Assembly: GCA_039588275.1 (NCBI GenBank)
Contig: JBDHAC010000022.1
Span: 1-55,957, forward strand
DNA from: Gemmatimonadota bacterium
GTDB lineage: Bacteria > Gemmatimonadota > Gemmatimonadetes > Palauibacterales > Palauibacteraceae
DNA length: 55,957 nucleotides
Reading direction: 5' to 3'
Shown here: positions 27,480 through 37,446 of the stretch, in pieces
Numbering within the stretch: the first letter of the stretch is position 1
Layout of the letters: every line of letters begins with the position of its first letter
The notes under the pieces: model-generated
Seen by the model: the letters and a program-made list of their open reading frames with translations, nothing else
What the model was told of the DNA's origin: nothing
Databases searched by the model: none
Made by a program: the position numbers and the translations under genes

Positions 27480-28136
27480 CTACGGCTGGGGAACGATCCT
27501 GATATACGGCAGCGGCTGCTCCCAACCCTCTGGGAAGCGGTCCTTCGCCTCCTCGTCGGAGACCGCCGGCGCGATAATCACGTCATCGCCCTGTTCCCAG
27601 TTCGCCGGCGTGGCGAGCTGCTGCTCGGCCGTCAGCTGGCACGAGTCGAGCAGCCGGAGGATCTCGGCGAAGTTACGCCCGGTGCTCATCGGGTAGGTGA
27701 TCGTGGCCTTGATCTTCTTGTCGGGTCCGATGACGAAGACGGAGCGCGCCGTCGCATTATCCATCGGCGTGCGGCCCGCGCATGTCTCGCCCGCGTCGGC
27801 CGGGAGCATGTCGTACGATTTCACCACTTCGAGCCTCGGATCGCCGATGAGCGGATAGGTCACGGCGTGACCCTGCGATGACTCGATGTCCTTCGACCAC
27901 GCCTCGTGGTCGCTCACCCCGTCGACGCTGATGCCGATGATCTTGCAGTTGCGCGCTGCGAACTCGTCCAGCATGCCCGCGACGGCGCCGAGCTCCGTCG
28001 TGCACACGGGGGTGAAGTCCTTGGGGTGCGAGAACAGGATGGCCCAACTGTCGCCGATCCAATCGTGGAAGCTGATCGTTCCTTGCGTCGTCTCGGCGGT
28101 GAAATCGGGCGCGGTGTCGTTGATACGAAGTGACAT
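27480..28136 (-). CDS. 1-Cys peroxiredoxin (Prx6)
   Basis: FSHPKDFTPVCTTE, TARSVF, YPMSTGRNF and ATPANW. GGAGG RBS before ATG 28136. Confidence 0.95.
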   Translation of the reverse strand: MSLRINDTAPDFTAETTQGTISFHDWIGDSWAILFSHPKDFTPVCTTELGAVAGMLDEFAARNCKIIGISVDGVSDHEAWSKDIESSQGHAVTYPLIGDPRLEVVKSYDMLPADAGETCAGRTPMDNATARSVFVIGPDKKIKATITYPMSTGRNFAEILRLLDSCQLTAEQQLATPANWEQGDDVIIAPAVSDEEAKDRFPEGWEQPLPYIRIVPQP

Positions 28137-28395
28137 GGGTCCTCCATGAGTTCTTGGTGCAGGCAACGCTGAGGCGTGGTCCCGCGAGAACAACACGCTG
28201 CGGCGCATAGCGGTTCATTCCCTCCAACTGCGCCGGCTCCGGGCTGGTCCTGCCGATCAAGCCGGCTGCCATGCCGATCAGAGACGATACGCGACAGCCG
28301 GCCTGATGGCTACATATTGTCCCATCTTGAGCCGAGCCTTCCCATGCCACCGGCACGCACCACTGCGGGCGCGAGGAACCCTGCAACCTCGACGC

Positions 28396-31314
28396 TCACC
28401 GGTACTCGTTCAGAAGCCTCCGGAAATCCGGAAGTCCGCGAAGGGGATCCCAAAGCGGATCGAGCTTTAGGATGGGCACCGAGAGCAGGCCCGGGTGGGA
28501 GAGCAGCTGCTCAAGCGCGGCGATGGCCGCCTCGTGCTCACCGGTCCGTACACGCACCTCGGCCAGGCTCTCGAGACCGTGGTAGGCGGAAACGGCCTCG
28601 TTCGACAGGGTGTGACCGTTTGCCAGGGCTCTTGCCAAGGATGAATCCTGGTATCGGCTCGCCTCTTCAATCCGCCCTGACCCTGCGGCCCCCAGAGCCG
28701 CGTAACGGTAGTTGAGAGGTCTCTCACCCGGTTCCGGAACCATGTGCCGGAAAAGGCTGTCGTAGTAGATGCGGGCCACATCTGGCTCGCCACTCCGTTC
28801 GGCGACTTGTGCCCGAACGTGCCAATAACAGGCCACGCACCGCGAGCGGGCGTCACGCGCGACCGCGCTGTCCGCGAGTCCGGAGTGGAACCAATCGGCG
28901 AGGATCCGGATGAAGGGGTAGCGAGCGCCCGGCTGCGCGAAGCGCCAGATCAGCTCTCCCGGATCGACCCTCCCGCGCGCCTCCTCCAGCACGCTGGTGG
29001 CGCCGCGGACATCTCCGTCTCGCTTGAGGCGTGCGATCGCCTGGTTGATGTACGCCTCGGCATAGCTGGGAACCGCCGCGCGAACACGGTCGTACTGTCG
29101 CTCCGCCTCGTCGTACCTGCGGAGGTGAGCGTACGTTTGGCCGAGAAGCACGGTCCGCCAATAATTACCCGGATCGAGTCGCAGCGCCCTTTCCAGATTC
29201 GCCACCCCCTCCTCCCACCGGCCCTGGCTGACTCGGATCAGGCCGACAGCTCCCACGAGATCGGGATCGTTGGGACGCATCCGGAGTGCATCGTCGAAGT
29301 GTTGCAGGGCGGAATCCTGATCGCGCTCGACGTTGAACAGGTACCACCCCTGAGCTTTTATCGTCTCCGGGAGCCCCGGTCCGTACGTGACGGCCTTGTC
29401 GAGCGCGACGTCGGCCGTCAACTGGCCGGGACCGGCTCGGGTCGGGACGCGGTTCACCGATCGAGACACCGCGTCAACCCCGGAAACGGCGGAGCTGTGC
29501 CACTCGGAGAGCGCCGCCCATGCGAGGGCGAACGTCGAGTCCAGCCGCACGGCCTGCCGGAACATCCATTCGGCATCGCCGGCGGCGCCGGGCGCCGCCA
29601 TCGGATCGTTCAGGAGCGCCTTCCCGCGCGCGTAGTACTCGTACGCGTCGGGGTTCTCTGTCGGCGGGGCGCTAAGGCGTTCACCCTGTTCGGTCGGTCG
29701 CTCGACGCTCAGCGCATCGGCGATCCGTCGTCCGATGTCGACCTGAATGGAAAACAGGCTCTCGCTCGTCAGCTCCCGTTGATAAAGGTCGGCCCACAGT
29801 TGTTCCCCCGTGCTTCCGTCGATGAGCCGGGCGCTGAAGAGCACGCGATCGCTGTCGCGCTGCAGGCTCCCTACCAGGACGGTGCCTACGTCCAGCTCAC
29901 GAGCGACTTCGGTCACCGGCTTCGTGCCCGTCTCGTATTCCTCGAGAGAGGACGTGGAGACCGGAGTAAGACCCGCAACCGCGTGGAGCTGCGTCAGGAG
30001 GACCGCGTTAAGGCCGGCCACCAACTGCTCGTTCTCGGGGTCGCCGGTGAGATCCATGAACGGGAGAACGGCGATGGATCGCTGTTCGGACCCGGGCGCG
30101 GCATCCCGCGGATTTGACAGGCCGTCGCGCCAATACCAGAGCGCCCCGAACATCAACAACGCTACGCTGAGCAGGCTGCCCACCACGAGTCGCCAGCTTG
30201 GGCGCCCGTGGACGGTGCCCGAGTCCGGCCCCCGCAGAAGCCTCCGCACCTCGTGTTCGAGTTGAGCCGCCGAGGTCGGACGGCTCGACGGGTCTTTCTG
30301 GAGCAGTGATTCGATGAGAGCCGCGATATCCGAAGAGACATCAGCGCGTACTTGAGCGAGCGGGACGACCTCTTCTTCGATGATGGCTCGCCTGATCGCC
30401 TCTAGCGTCTTGCCCTCTATCGGTCGACGCCCGGCCAGCATCTCGTAGAGAACAACGCCCAGTGACCACAGGTCGGTGCGCGCATCGACCAATCGATCCG
30501 CCACCTGCTCCGGCGACATATAGAAAGCGGTGCCGGGGGTCTTTCCGGTCGGCTTGGCGGCCCCTTCGAGCTGGGCGATTCCGAAGTCCAGGATCTTGAG
30601 GGTACCATCACGGGTGATCATGAGGTTGTCAGGCTTGACATCACGGTGGACGACCCCGCGCTCGTGCGCTGTTGCCAGACCCTTCGCCGCCTGGAGAGCG
30701 ATCCGGAGAGCCTCCTCCTCGGTCAACGGACCGGATTCGAGCTTTGCCCGAACCGTCTCGCCCTCATAAAGCGGCATGGCGATGAACAGCCGACCGTCCT
30801 CCGTTTCCCCGATCTCGTGAATCGTGCAGATGTTAGGGTGCTCGAGGCCGGCGGCGACCTGTGCCTCGACCAGGAACCGCTCACGACTGGTCTTGTCCGA
30901 CCTGAGAAGGACGGGCAGGAACTTGAGCGCGACCTCCCGCTCCAACTTGGGATCCCAAGCCCGGTATACTACGCTCATCCCGCCTCTTCCAAGCCGCTCC
31001 ATTATCTTGTAGCGGCCGATGATTTCGCCTTCGAGACCTCCGCCTTCGACGAACTCCGCGAGCACGCGGGCACCGAGCGTGTCCGCCATACGATCAACGG
31101 GGCCCGAGGTCGAGTGCGCATGGAGGAGTGACTCGACCTCCCGCCTGAGCGTTACGTCAGCGCCGCACTCCGAGGAGACAAAGTCGCCGCGTTCGTCTTC
31201 CGGGACCTCCAGCGCACCTAGCAGAAGATCCTGTATCTTCTCTAGCCGCTCCGGCGACATCGGGTCGCTCCCCGGTGCCGCACCCGCCTCGGGACGACCA
31301 TCCGTGCCCGTCAC
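28396..31314 (-). CDS. Membrane Ser/Thr protein kinase with TolB_N-like and TPR extracytoplasmic region (start 31314 GTG or 31260 ATG)
   Basis: GRGGMS, VALK, HRDVKPDN, DFG and YMSPEQ, then TM LVVGSLLSVALLMFGALWYW, SIAVLPF and TPR repeats. GTGA overlap with the ECF stop. Confidence 0.93.
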   Translation of the reverse strand: MTGTDGRPEAGAAPGSDPMSPERLEKIQDLLLGALEVPEDERGDFVSSECGADVTLRREVESLLHAHSTSGPVDRMADTLGARVLAEFVEGGGLEGEIIGRYKIMERLGRGGMSVVYRAWDPKLEREVALKFLPVLLRSDKTSRERFLVEAQVAAGLEHPNICTIHEIGETEDGRLFIAMPLYEGETVRAKLESGPLTEEEALRIALQAAKGLATAHERGVVHRDVKPDNLMITRDGTLKILDFGIAQLEGAAKPTGKTPGTAFYMSPEQVADRLVDARTDLWSLGVVLYEMLAGRRPIEGKTLEAIRRAIIEEEVVPLAQVRADVSSDIAALIESLLQKDPSSRPTSAAQLEHEVRRLLRGPDSGTVHGRPSWRLVVGSLLSVALLMFGALWYWRDGLSNPRDAAPGSEQRSIAVLPFMDLTGDPENEQLVAGLNAVLLTQLHAVAGLTPVSTSSLEEYETGTKPVTEVARELDVGTVLVGSLQRDSDRVLFSARLIDGSTGEQLWADLYQRELTSESLFSIQVDIGRRIADALSVERPTEQGERLSAPPTENPDAYEYYARGKALLNDPMAAPGAAGDAEWMFRQAVRLDSTFALAWAALSEWHSSAVSGVDAVSRSVNRVPTRAGPGQLTADVALDKAVTYGPGLPETIKAQGWYLFNVERDQDSALQHFDDALRMRPNDPDLVGAVGLIRVSQGRWEEGVANLERALRLDPGNYWRTVLLGQTYAHLRRYDEAERQYDRVRAAVPSYAEAYINQAIARLKRDGDVRGATSVLEEARGRVDPGELIWRFAQPGARYPFIRILADWFHSGLADSAVARDARSRCVACYWHVRAQVAERSGEPDVARIYYDSLFRHMVPEPGERPLNYRYAALGAAGSGRIEEASRYQDSSLARALANGHTLSNEAVSAYHGLESLAEVRVRTGEHEAAIAALEQLLSHPGLLSVPILKLDPLWDPLRGLPDFRRLLNEYR

Positions 31315-31880
31315 GCGCTCAGTTCCCGGTTTAGCCACGCTCTCGCCATTACCCAGTCCCGCTTGACGGTAGCCGGAGACAACGAAAGCGCCTCGGCGGT
31401 CTCCGCGATGCTCATCCCTCCGAAGAACCGGCACTCCACGATGCGGGCATGCCGCTCGTTGATTTCTCCGAGGCTCTCCAACGCCTGATGAAGCGCCAAA
31501 ACCTCTTCGGTGGGCTCAGCCGGCGTGGCGGCGTCCGCCTCGGATGCTTTGAGCTTTACCCGTTTGTGCTCCCCACCCCGGCGCGCGGCGCGTCGGGCGC
31601 GGGCGTAGTCGATTAGGATCTGCCGCATGAGGCGTGATGCGATCGCCATGAACTGCGCGCGATTCCTCCAATTCAGCCGCTCGAGGTTCATCAACTTGAG
31701 GTAGGCCTCGTGAACGAGTGCCGTCGTGCTCAGGGTGTGGTCCGCGCGCTCACCCCGGAGACGGCGGTGTGCGATGCGATGTAGCTCGGTGTAGACGATC
31801 GGTATCACGCTTTCGAGCGCGGAACTGTCGCCGTCGGCGGCCGCCAGCAGGAGCTCGGTCACGTCTGATTGGGCTGGCAT
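31311..31880 (-). CDS. ECF sigma factor, TIGR02999/ECF43-like (kinase-associated)
   Basis: SDVTELL, VYTELHRIA, HTLSTTALVHEAYLKL, MRQILIDYAR, VECRFFGG and TVKRDW. Confidence 0.93.
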   Translation of the reverse strand: MPAQSDVTELLLAAADGDSSALESVIPIVYTELHRIAHRRLRGERADHTLSTTALVHEAYLKLMNLERLNWRNRAQFMAIASRLMRQILIDYARARRAARRGGEHKRVKLKASEADAATPAEPTEEVLALHQALESLGEINERHARIVECRFFGGMSIAETAEALSLSPATVKRDWVMARAWLNRELSA

Positions 31881-32064
31881 CTCCCTACTGCCAAGCATCA
31901 CGAGGCCCCCCAAAGATGCCCTTCGCCCTCCGACTCACGCCAGCCGTGAGCCACATCGCCCTGGTTTCTCGCTTCTGAATCAAGAGCCGGGCCTGGGCCC
32001 GAGACGGGCACTCCAGAACGAGAGGTCCGGCGGCTCGCGATGAACCACCGACCGGAGGTGCACG

Positions 32065-32799
32065 ATGCAACGCAGTACTCCCACTCGATTCGCGGTAGTT
32101 CGTCTGGTGTCTCTGGGCGTGGTGCTCGCTGGTTGCTCCGAGGCCGGCCAGACGCTCCTCCAGCCGGAAGAGATCCCTTCGGCCTCGGCCGACTTGGCCC
32201 AAAGCGCGGCCGATCCGCCCGCGCCGGTGCTGGCGTTCTCGGATCTCAGCGTCGTGGGCACGTCGCGGATCATCCGCACGCCCAACGGCGTGAACTTCCA
32301 GGTGAAGACGACCGGGCTCACGCCGGGCCATGCCGTAACGCTGTGGTTTGTGGTCCTCAACGCTCCCGCGGAGTGCACGTTCGGGGGACCGGGGGTGTGC
32401 GGGCCGACGGACGTAGTGAATGACCTCGCCCGCCCGGACATGATGTGGGCCGCCGGGCGTATCATCGGTGGTTCGGGAGAAGCCACGTTTTCCGGCCGCC
32501 GCCGCGTAGGCGACGGAAGCGGCTCGGCGAACGGCCCGGTGGGTCTGCCGGCGTACGGGCTTGAAGATGCATACGGAGCCGAGGTCCAGCTCGTGGTGCA
32601 TGACCATGGGCCGAAGATGCCGCAATACATGCCCGACATGATCAAGTCGATCGACGGGGGCTGCACCGACGCCGGCGTGCCTGCGGCGGGCGTTCCCTCG
32701 CCGTGGAACGACTATGCCGGGGGACCTACCGGGGGCTTCGGCCGGCGCGGAACGAACACGTGTCAGAGCATACAGTTCGCCGTCCACACGGCACCGTAA
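32065..32799 (+). CDS. Hypothetical lipoprotein
   Basis: GGAGG RBS, lipobox VLAGC, four further Cys and an HDHG motif. Confidence 0.8.
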   Translation: MQRSTPTRFAVVRLVSLGVVLAGCSEAGQTLLQPEEIPSASADLAQSAADPPAPVLAFSDLSVVGTSRIIRTPNGVNFQVKTTGLTPGHAVTLWFVVLNAPAECTFGGPGVCGPTDVVNDLARPDMMWAAGRIIGGSGEATFSGRRRVGDGSGSANGPVGLPAYGLEDAYGAEVQLVVHDHGPKMPQYMPDMIKSIDGGCTDAGVPAAGVPSPWNDYAGGPTGGFGRRGTNTCQSIQFAVHTAP

Positions 32800-32897
32800 G
32801 CAGGCGAACCCATGGGGGTGCCCAGACGGGATCCGGAGAGGCCCCTGACGCCGGTACTCCGGCTCCGGGGCCGATCTGGACTTCGGTCGCGGCAGCC

Positions 32898-34967
32898 CTA
32901 CTTCAGATACCGATCCAGCCAGTCGAAGAACGTTCGCTGCCAGAGGATCCCGTTCTGCGCGGACAGCACCCAGTGGTTCTCCTCGGGGAAATAGAGCAGG
33001 CGGCTCGGAATTCCCCTGAGCTGTGCGGCGGTGAACGCTTGCATGCTCTCCGATTCCGGGACACGGAAATCTTGCCCCCCCTGCACGATCAGTATCGGGG
33101 TGTCCCAGCTGCCGACGAACAGATGCGGTGAGAACCGCCTGTAGCTGTCGGCGTTTTCCCAGTACGGCCCGCCCATGTCGAAGTTCACGAAGAACATCTC
33201 CTCGGTGGATCCGTACATGCTCTCCAGGTTGAAGACGCCGTCGTGCGAGATGAACGCCTTGAAGCGGCCGGCGTGGTTGCCCGCTAGCCAGAACACGCTG
33301 TAGCCGCCGAAGCTCGCTCCGACCGCACCCAGTCTGTCCGCGTCCACGTAGAGTTCGCGCGCCAGGTCGTCGATCGCGCTCAGCAGGTCCTGCATCGCCT
33401 GGCCGCCCCAGTCGCCCGAGATCTGCTCCTCCCACTTCTGCCCCAGGCTCGACGCGCCGCGCCGCTGAGGCGCGATGATGATGTACCCGTGCGCGGCCAT
33501 GATCTGGAGATTCCATCGATAGGACCATGACTGGCTCATGGCTCCCTGGGGACCGCCCTTGGCGTAGAGCAGGGCGGGGTACTGCCGGCTGGGATCGAAA
33601 TCCGGCGGATGGATCACCCAGGCGGGCATCTCCTTGTGGTCCGTAGTCCGGACGATCCGTTCCTCTACACGGCCCATCGTGAGGCGGCCGAGGATGTCGC
33701 GGTTGGCGAAGGTGAGCTGGGCCGCCTCTCCGGTTGCGGGATCGACGTTGTAGATGTCGGCGGGCGCCGACATCGAGGTGCGCGACGCGATGATGGCCGT
33801 GCCACCGGGGCCCTCGGCCAGACCGAACGCGCCGTAGTTGTGGACGCCTTCCGTGATCTTCCTGATTTCCCGTTCGGAACCTCCACCTGACGTCCGACCC
33901 GCAGACACCGGTGCCACGTAGAACTGGACCGTGCCCCGGATATCGCTGGTGAAGTAGATGCTCCGACCGTCCGCCGCCCACTCCGGGCTGTGCACGTCCT
34001 GGTCGAAGCCCGCCGTCAGCTCCCGGGCGGCCCCGTCGGGGAGCTCCTGAACGAAGAGTCTGTTGCGGTCGGCCTCGTACCCGTCGCGCTCCATGCTGAG
34101 CCACGCGATGTAGCGCCCATCGGGCGAGAATCGTGGCTCGGTGTCGTACCCCATCATCCCCTCGGTCAGATTGACCGTAGAGCCGCTTTCGAGATCGTAG
34201 AGGTAGATCTCGGAGTTGGTGCCGGTCGCGTACGCGGCTCCCGTCACTTTCTTGCTCGTATACGCGATCTGGCTCCCATCGGCGCTCCACCCGATCTGCT
34301 CGCCTCCGCCGAACGGGCTCAGAGGTGTGTCGTACCGCTCGCCCGGCATCACGTCGATCGGTTCTGCCACTCGCCCGTCGGTGTACTCCGCGACGAACAG
34401 GTGGCTGTATGTGTAGTCGTGCCACGTGTCCCAGTGGCGGTACATCAGCTCGTCGATGATGCGAGCGTTCGCCAGCGGCAAATCCGGGTGGATCTCGTTG
34501 GCGGTCTGGTCGAGCTTGACGGCCCTGGTAAACGCGATGTGACCGCCGTCGGGCGAGTACGAAAAGTTGCCGATGCCTCCGTCGATGTCGGTAACTTGTG
34601 CCACGCCGGACCCGTCGGGGTTCATCTCCCAAAGCTGGGCCGAGCCACTTTGTGACGAGAGGAAGCCGATCCTTCGACCATCGGGCCGCCACGTGTAGTT
34701 GAACTCGCTGGAGGGCGTATCCGTGAGTTGACGGGGACTGGCGCCGTCCACGGACATGATCCACAGGTCGGTGCTTCCGCGGTTTTCCTCGATATCGTAT
34801 TCACGGATTCCATAGACGAACCGGGACCCATCCGGAGACACCGCAGGCCCTGAGACCCGCTTGAGTTGCCAGAGCAGCTCGGGGGTCAGCCGGTCCTGGG
34901 CGAAGCTCTGGTTGGGGATGCAGAGCATTACGGCTGCGATGACGCTGAAGATGTTTCTCGTTTTCAC
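32898..34967 (-). CDS. S9 family peptidase (dipeptidyl peptidase 5-like), exported
   Basis: Signal peptide ending SFA-Q, beta-propeller SPDG repeats, GGPQ, nucleophile GASFGG, DFRVP and ENHW. Likely GTG start at 34967. Confidence 0.93.
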   Translation of the reverse strand: MKTRNIFSVIAAVMLCIPNQSFAQDRLTPELLWQLKRVSGPAVSPDGSRFVYGIREYDIEENRGSTDLWIMSVDGASPRQLTDTPSSEFNYTWRPDGRRIGFLSSQSGSAQLWEMNPDGSGVAQVTDIDGGIGNFSYSPDGGHIAFTRAVKLDQTANEIHPDLPLANARIIDELMYRHWDTWHDYTYSHLFVAEYTDGRVAEPIDVMPGERYDTPLSPFGGGEQIGWSADGSQIAYTSKKVTGAAYATGTNSEIYLYDLESGSTVNLTEGMMGYDTEPRFSPDGRYIAWLSMERDGYEADRNRLFVQELPDGAARELTAGFDQDVHSPEWAADGRSIYFTSDIRGTVQFYVAPVSAGRTSGGGSEREIRKITEGVHNYGAFGLAEGPGGTAIIASRTSMSAPADIYNVDPATGEAAQLTFANRDILGRLTMGRVEERIVRTTDHKEMPAWVIHPPDFDPSRQYPALLYAKGGPQGAMSQSWSYRWNLQIMAAHGYIIIAPQRRGASSLGQKWEEQISGDWGGQAMQDLLSAIDDLARELYVDADRLGAVGASFGGYSVFWLAGNHAGRFKAFISHDGVFNLESMYGSTEEMFFVNFDMGGPYWENADSYRRFSPHLFVGSWDTPILIVQGGQDFRVPESESMQAFTAAQLRGIPSRLLYFPEENHWVLSAQNGILWQRTFFDWLDRYLK

Positions 34968-35185
34968 GGTTCTATCCTGAGTAGAGGTCTCGCAGCGACG
35001 CACAACGCCGGACACCTGAGCGGGGTTGAGGTGCTTGTCCGTAAGCTTGTTCGAGACGAAGCGGAGCGGCAAGCGACACCCGACGCCGTGCCTCGCCTTA
35101 CGCACGACCGATCCGGTGAGTACCATCCCCGCACACTCGAGTCGAGGGCGAGCGGACCCGAGAACCTACCTTACCGAAAGATCGC

Positions 35186-37414
35186 GTGACGATATCCGGG
35201 GCGCAGCCCGAGCCGGAGCCACAGCCCGCCGAGAGATTCGGCACGTTCCTGGGGGTCTACACCCCGAGCGTCCTGACCATCCTCGGGCTGATCATGTATC
35301 TGAGGTTCGGCTGGGTCGTCGGGAACGTGGGCCTGCCGCTGACGCTGCTCATCGTGCTCCTCGCGAGTTCCGTCACTTTCATCACGGCTCTCAGCGCCTC
35401 GGCCCTGGCCACCAACATGACGGTCGGCGTGGGGGGCGAGTACTACATGGTCGCCCGCAGCCTGGGTCTGGAGATGGGTGGGGCGATCGGCATTCCGCTC
35501 TTCTTGTGCCGCACCCTGAGCATCACCTTCTACAGCTACGGCCTGGCCGAGGCGATCCTCGCCCTGTGGCCGGGCGCTCCGGGCTCGGGATCGGCGACGA
35601 CGGTCCAGATCGTGGCCGCGGTCACCGTCGTGGGGATCACCGCAGTCGCCGGGAAAAGCGCCGGGCTGGCGCTGCGGCTCCAGATCCCGATCATGGTGGC
35701 GGTCGGAATCTCGCTGCTCGCGTTGGCCAGCGGGGCCCTGGGGGGCGGTTTTCGCGCGCCCGAGCTGACCGCCAGCTACCGGACGGCACCGGAGGGGTTC
35801 TGGTACGTGTTCGCGGTGTTCTTTCCCGCGGTCACGGGCTTCACCGCGGGGATCGGGCTGAGCGGTGATCTGCGGGAGCCCCGAAAATCGATCCCGCGCG
35901 GCACCTTGCTCGCCGTGGGGACCGGCACGGCCCTGTACCTCGTGATTCCGATTCTTCTCGGGAGCTCGGCGCGGCTCGCCTTCGACGATCTAGCGAGCCC
36001 CGGAGTCGCGGCGTGGACCGGCGTGGCTTTCCTTGGAGCCTGGCTGGTCTTTCCGGGGATGTGGGGCGCCATCCTGTCCTCGGCATTCGGCAGCGTCCTC
36101 GGCGGACCCCGGGTCCTGCAGGCGCTGGCGAAGGATGGACTGGCTCCCCGATTACTCGCGCGGGTCTCGAAGACCGGGCAACCCACGATCGCTACCTGGA
36201 TCAGCGGCGCGATCGCCCTCGCCGCGGTCGGGCTCGGCGGGCTCAACGCCGTGGCCCAGTTCGTCACGATTCTGTTCCTCACCTTGTACGTGGCGATCAA
36301 CCTGAGCGCGGCCGCCGAGCGTTGGGCCGGTGATCCGTCCTATCGACCCACGCTCGACGTCCCCTGGGCGGTCTCGCTGTTGGGATCGGCCGGTGCCGTG
36401 GTCGTCATGCTGCTCATCAATCCCGTGGCGTGCTTCGTCGCGGTGATCCTGGAGCTGGCCCTGTACACGTACCTACGCCGCCGGGCCATGCAGCGGCGCT
36501 GGGGGGATGCGCGGGCGGGCGTTTGGATGACGCTCGCTCGTTTCGCCCTGCTCCGTTTGCGGAGGCACGCGGACGATCCGAGGAATTGGAGACCCCACAT
36601 CCTGGTCTTCGTCGGCGACCCCGAGAAGCGGATCGGTCTCGTCAGGCTGGCGAGCTGGTTCGGGCAGCGCAGAGGCTTGATTACCGCCATTCAGCTCATC
36701 GAAGCCGATCTCATTACCGACGACGTGGACACCGACCGGCGCCACAGAGAGATGGAGCGATCTCTGGCCGACGCCGGGCTTCTTGCGTTCAGCAAGGTCG
36801 ATGTGGTCCGGGAGTTCGAGAGCGGCGTCATCGGTGCAGCCCAGGCGAACGGGATCGCGGGCCTCCAGTCCAATACGGTCATCGTCGGTTGGCCCAAGAA
36901 GGCGGGCCGGCTGGAGGCGTGGCTGCGGATCGTACGAGCCCTGTCGAAGGTCGGCATGAGCACGGTGATCGTGCGCCTGGATGGGGCCCCCGAGCTCCAT
37001 GAGAACATGCGGATCGATCTCTGGTGGGGTGGGCTCGAGCACAACGGTGATCTGATGCTGCTCCTGGCCTACCTCATGAGGCTGAATCAGGAGTGGGCCG
37101 ATGCCCGGGTGTTGGTGCGCTCGATCGCACGCGATGAGGAAGAACAGGAGCTACAGTCGCGGGGCCTGGAGCATCTGCTGCAGGAGGTACGCATCCAGGC
37201 GGATACGGACATCATCATGCGGCGGGCCGACCAGTCGATCGCGGACATCATCCACACTCGGAGTGCGGAAGCGGACGTCGTCTTCCTGGGCTTGCAGGAG
37301 CCGTCCCCGGGCACCGAAGCCGAGTATTCTCGCCGGATGGAACAGCTCGCGGACGGGTTGAAAACCACGATATTCGTTCGGAACTCCGGCGAGTTCGCCG
37401 GCAGACTCATCTGA
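35186..37414 (+). CDS. Cation-chloride cotransporter (CCC/SLC12)-like permease
   Basis: FGTFLGVYTPSVLTILG, GGEYYMVARSLG, FFPAVTG and NWRPHILV, plus a cytosolic C-domain with IDLWW. Confidence 0.9.
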   Translation: MTISGAQPEPEPQPAERFGTFLGVYTPSVLTILGLIMYLRFGWVVGNVGLPLTLLIVLLASSVTFITALSASALATNMTVGVGGEYYMVARSLGLEMGGAIGIPLFLCRTLSITFYSYGLAEAILALWPGAPGSGSATTVQIVAAVTVVGITAVAGKSAGLALRLQIPIMVAVGISLLALASGALGGGFRAPELTASYRTAPEGFWYVFAVFFPAVTGFTAGIGLSGDLREPRKSIPRGTLLAVGTGTALYLVIPILLGSSARLAFDDLASPGVAAWTGVAFLGAWLVFPGMWGAILSSAFGSVLGGPRVLQALAKDGLAPRLLARVSKTGQPTIATWISGAIALAAVGLGGLNAVAQFVTILFLTLYVAINLSAAAERWAGDPSYRPTLDVPWAVSLLGSAGAVVVMLLINPVACFVAVILELALYTYLRRRAMQRRWGDARAGVWMTLARFALLRLRRHADDPRNWRPHILVFVGDPEKRIGLVRLASWFGQRRGLITAIQLIEADLITDDVDTDRRHREMERSLADAGLLAFSKVDVVREFESGVIGAAQANGIAGLQSNTVIVGWPKKAGRLEAWLRIVRALSKVGMSTVIVRLDGAPELHENMRIDLWWGGLEHNGDLMLLLAYLMRLNQEWADARVLVRSIARDEEEQELQSRGLEHLLQEVRIQADTDIIMRRADQSIADIIHTRSAEADVVFLGLQEPSPGTEAEYSRRMEQLADGLKTTIFVRNSGEFAGRLI

Positions 37415-37446
37415 TCGACCCCGCGCGACCCGAGTATCGGTCCAGG

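Noticed and set aside
31885..34764. 959-aa minus-strand ORF
   Set aside because: Off-frame shadow of the S9 peptidase and antisense to the lipoprotein. Arg/Pro/Gly-rich with no motifs, a typical high-GC artefact.
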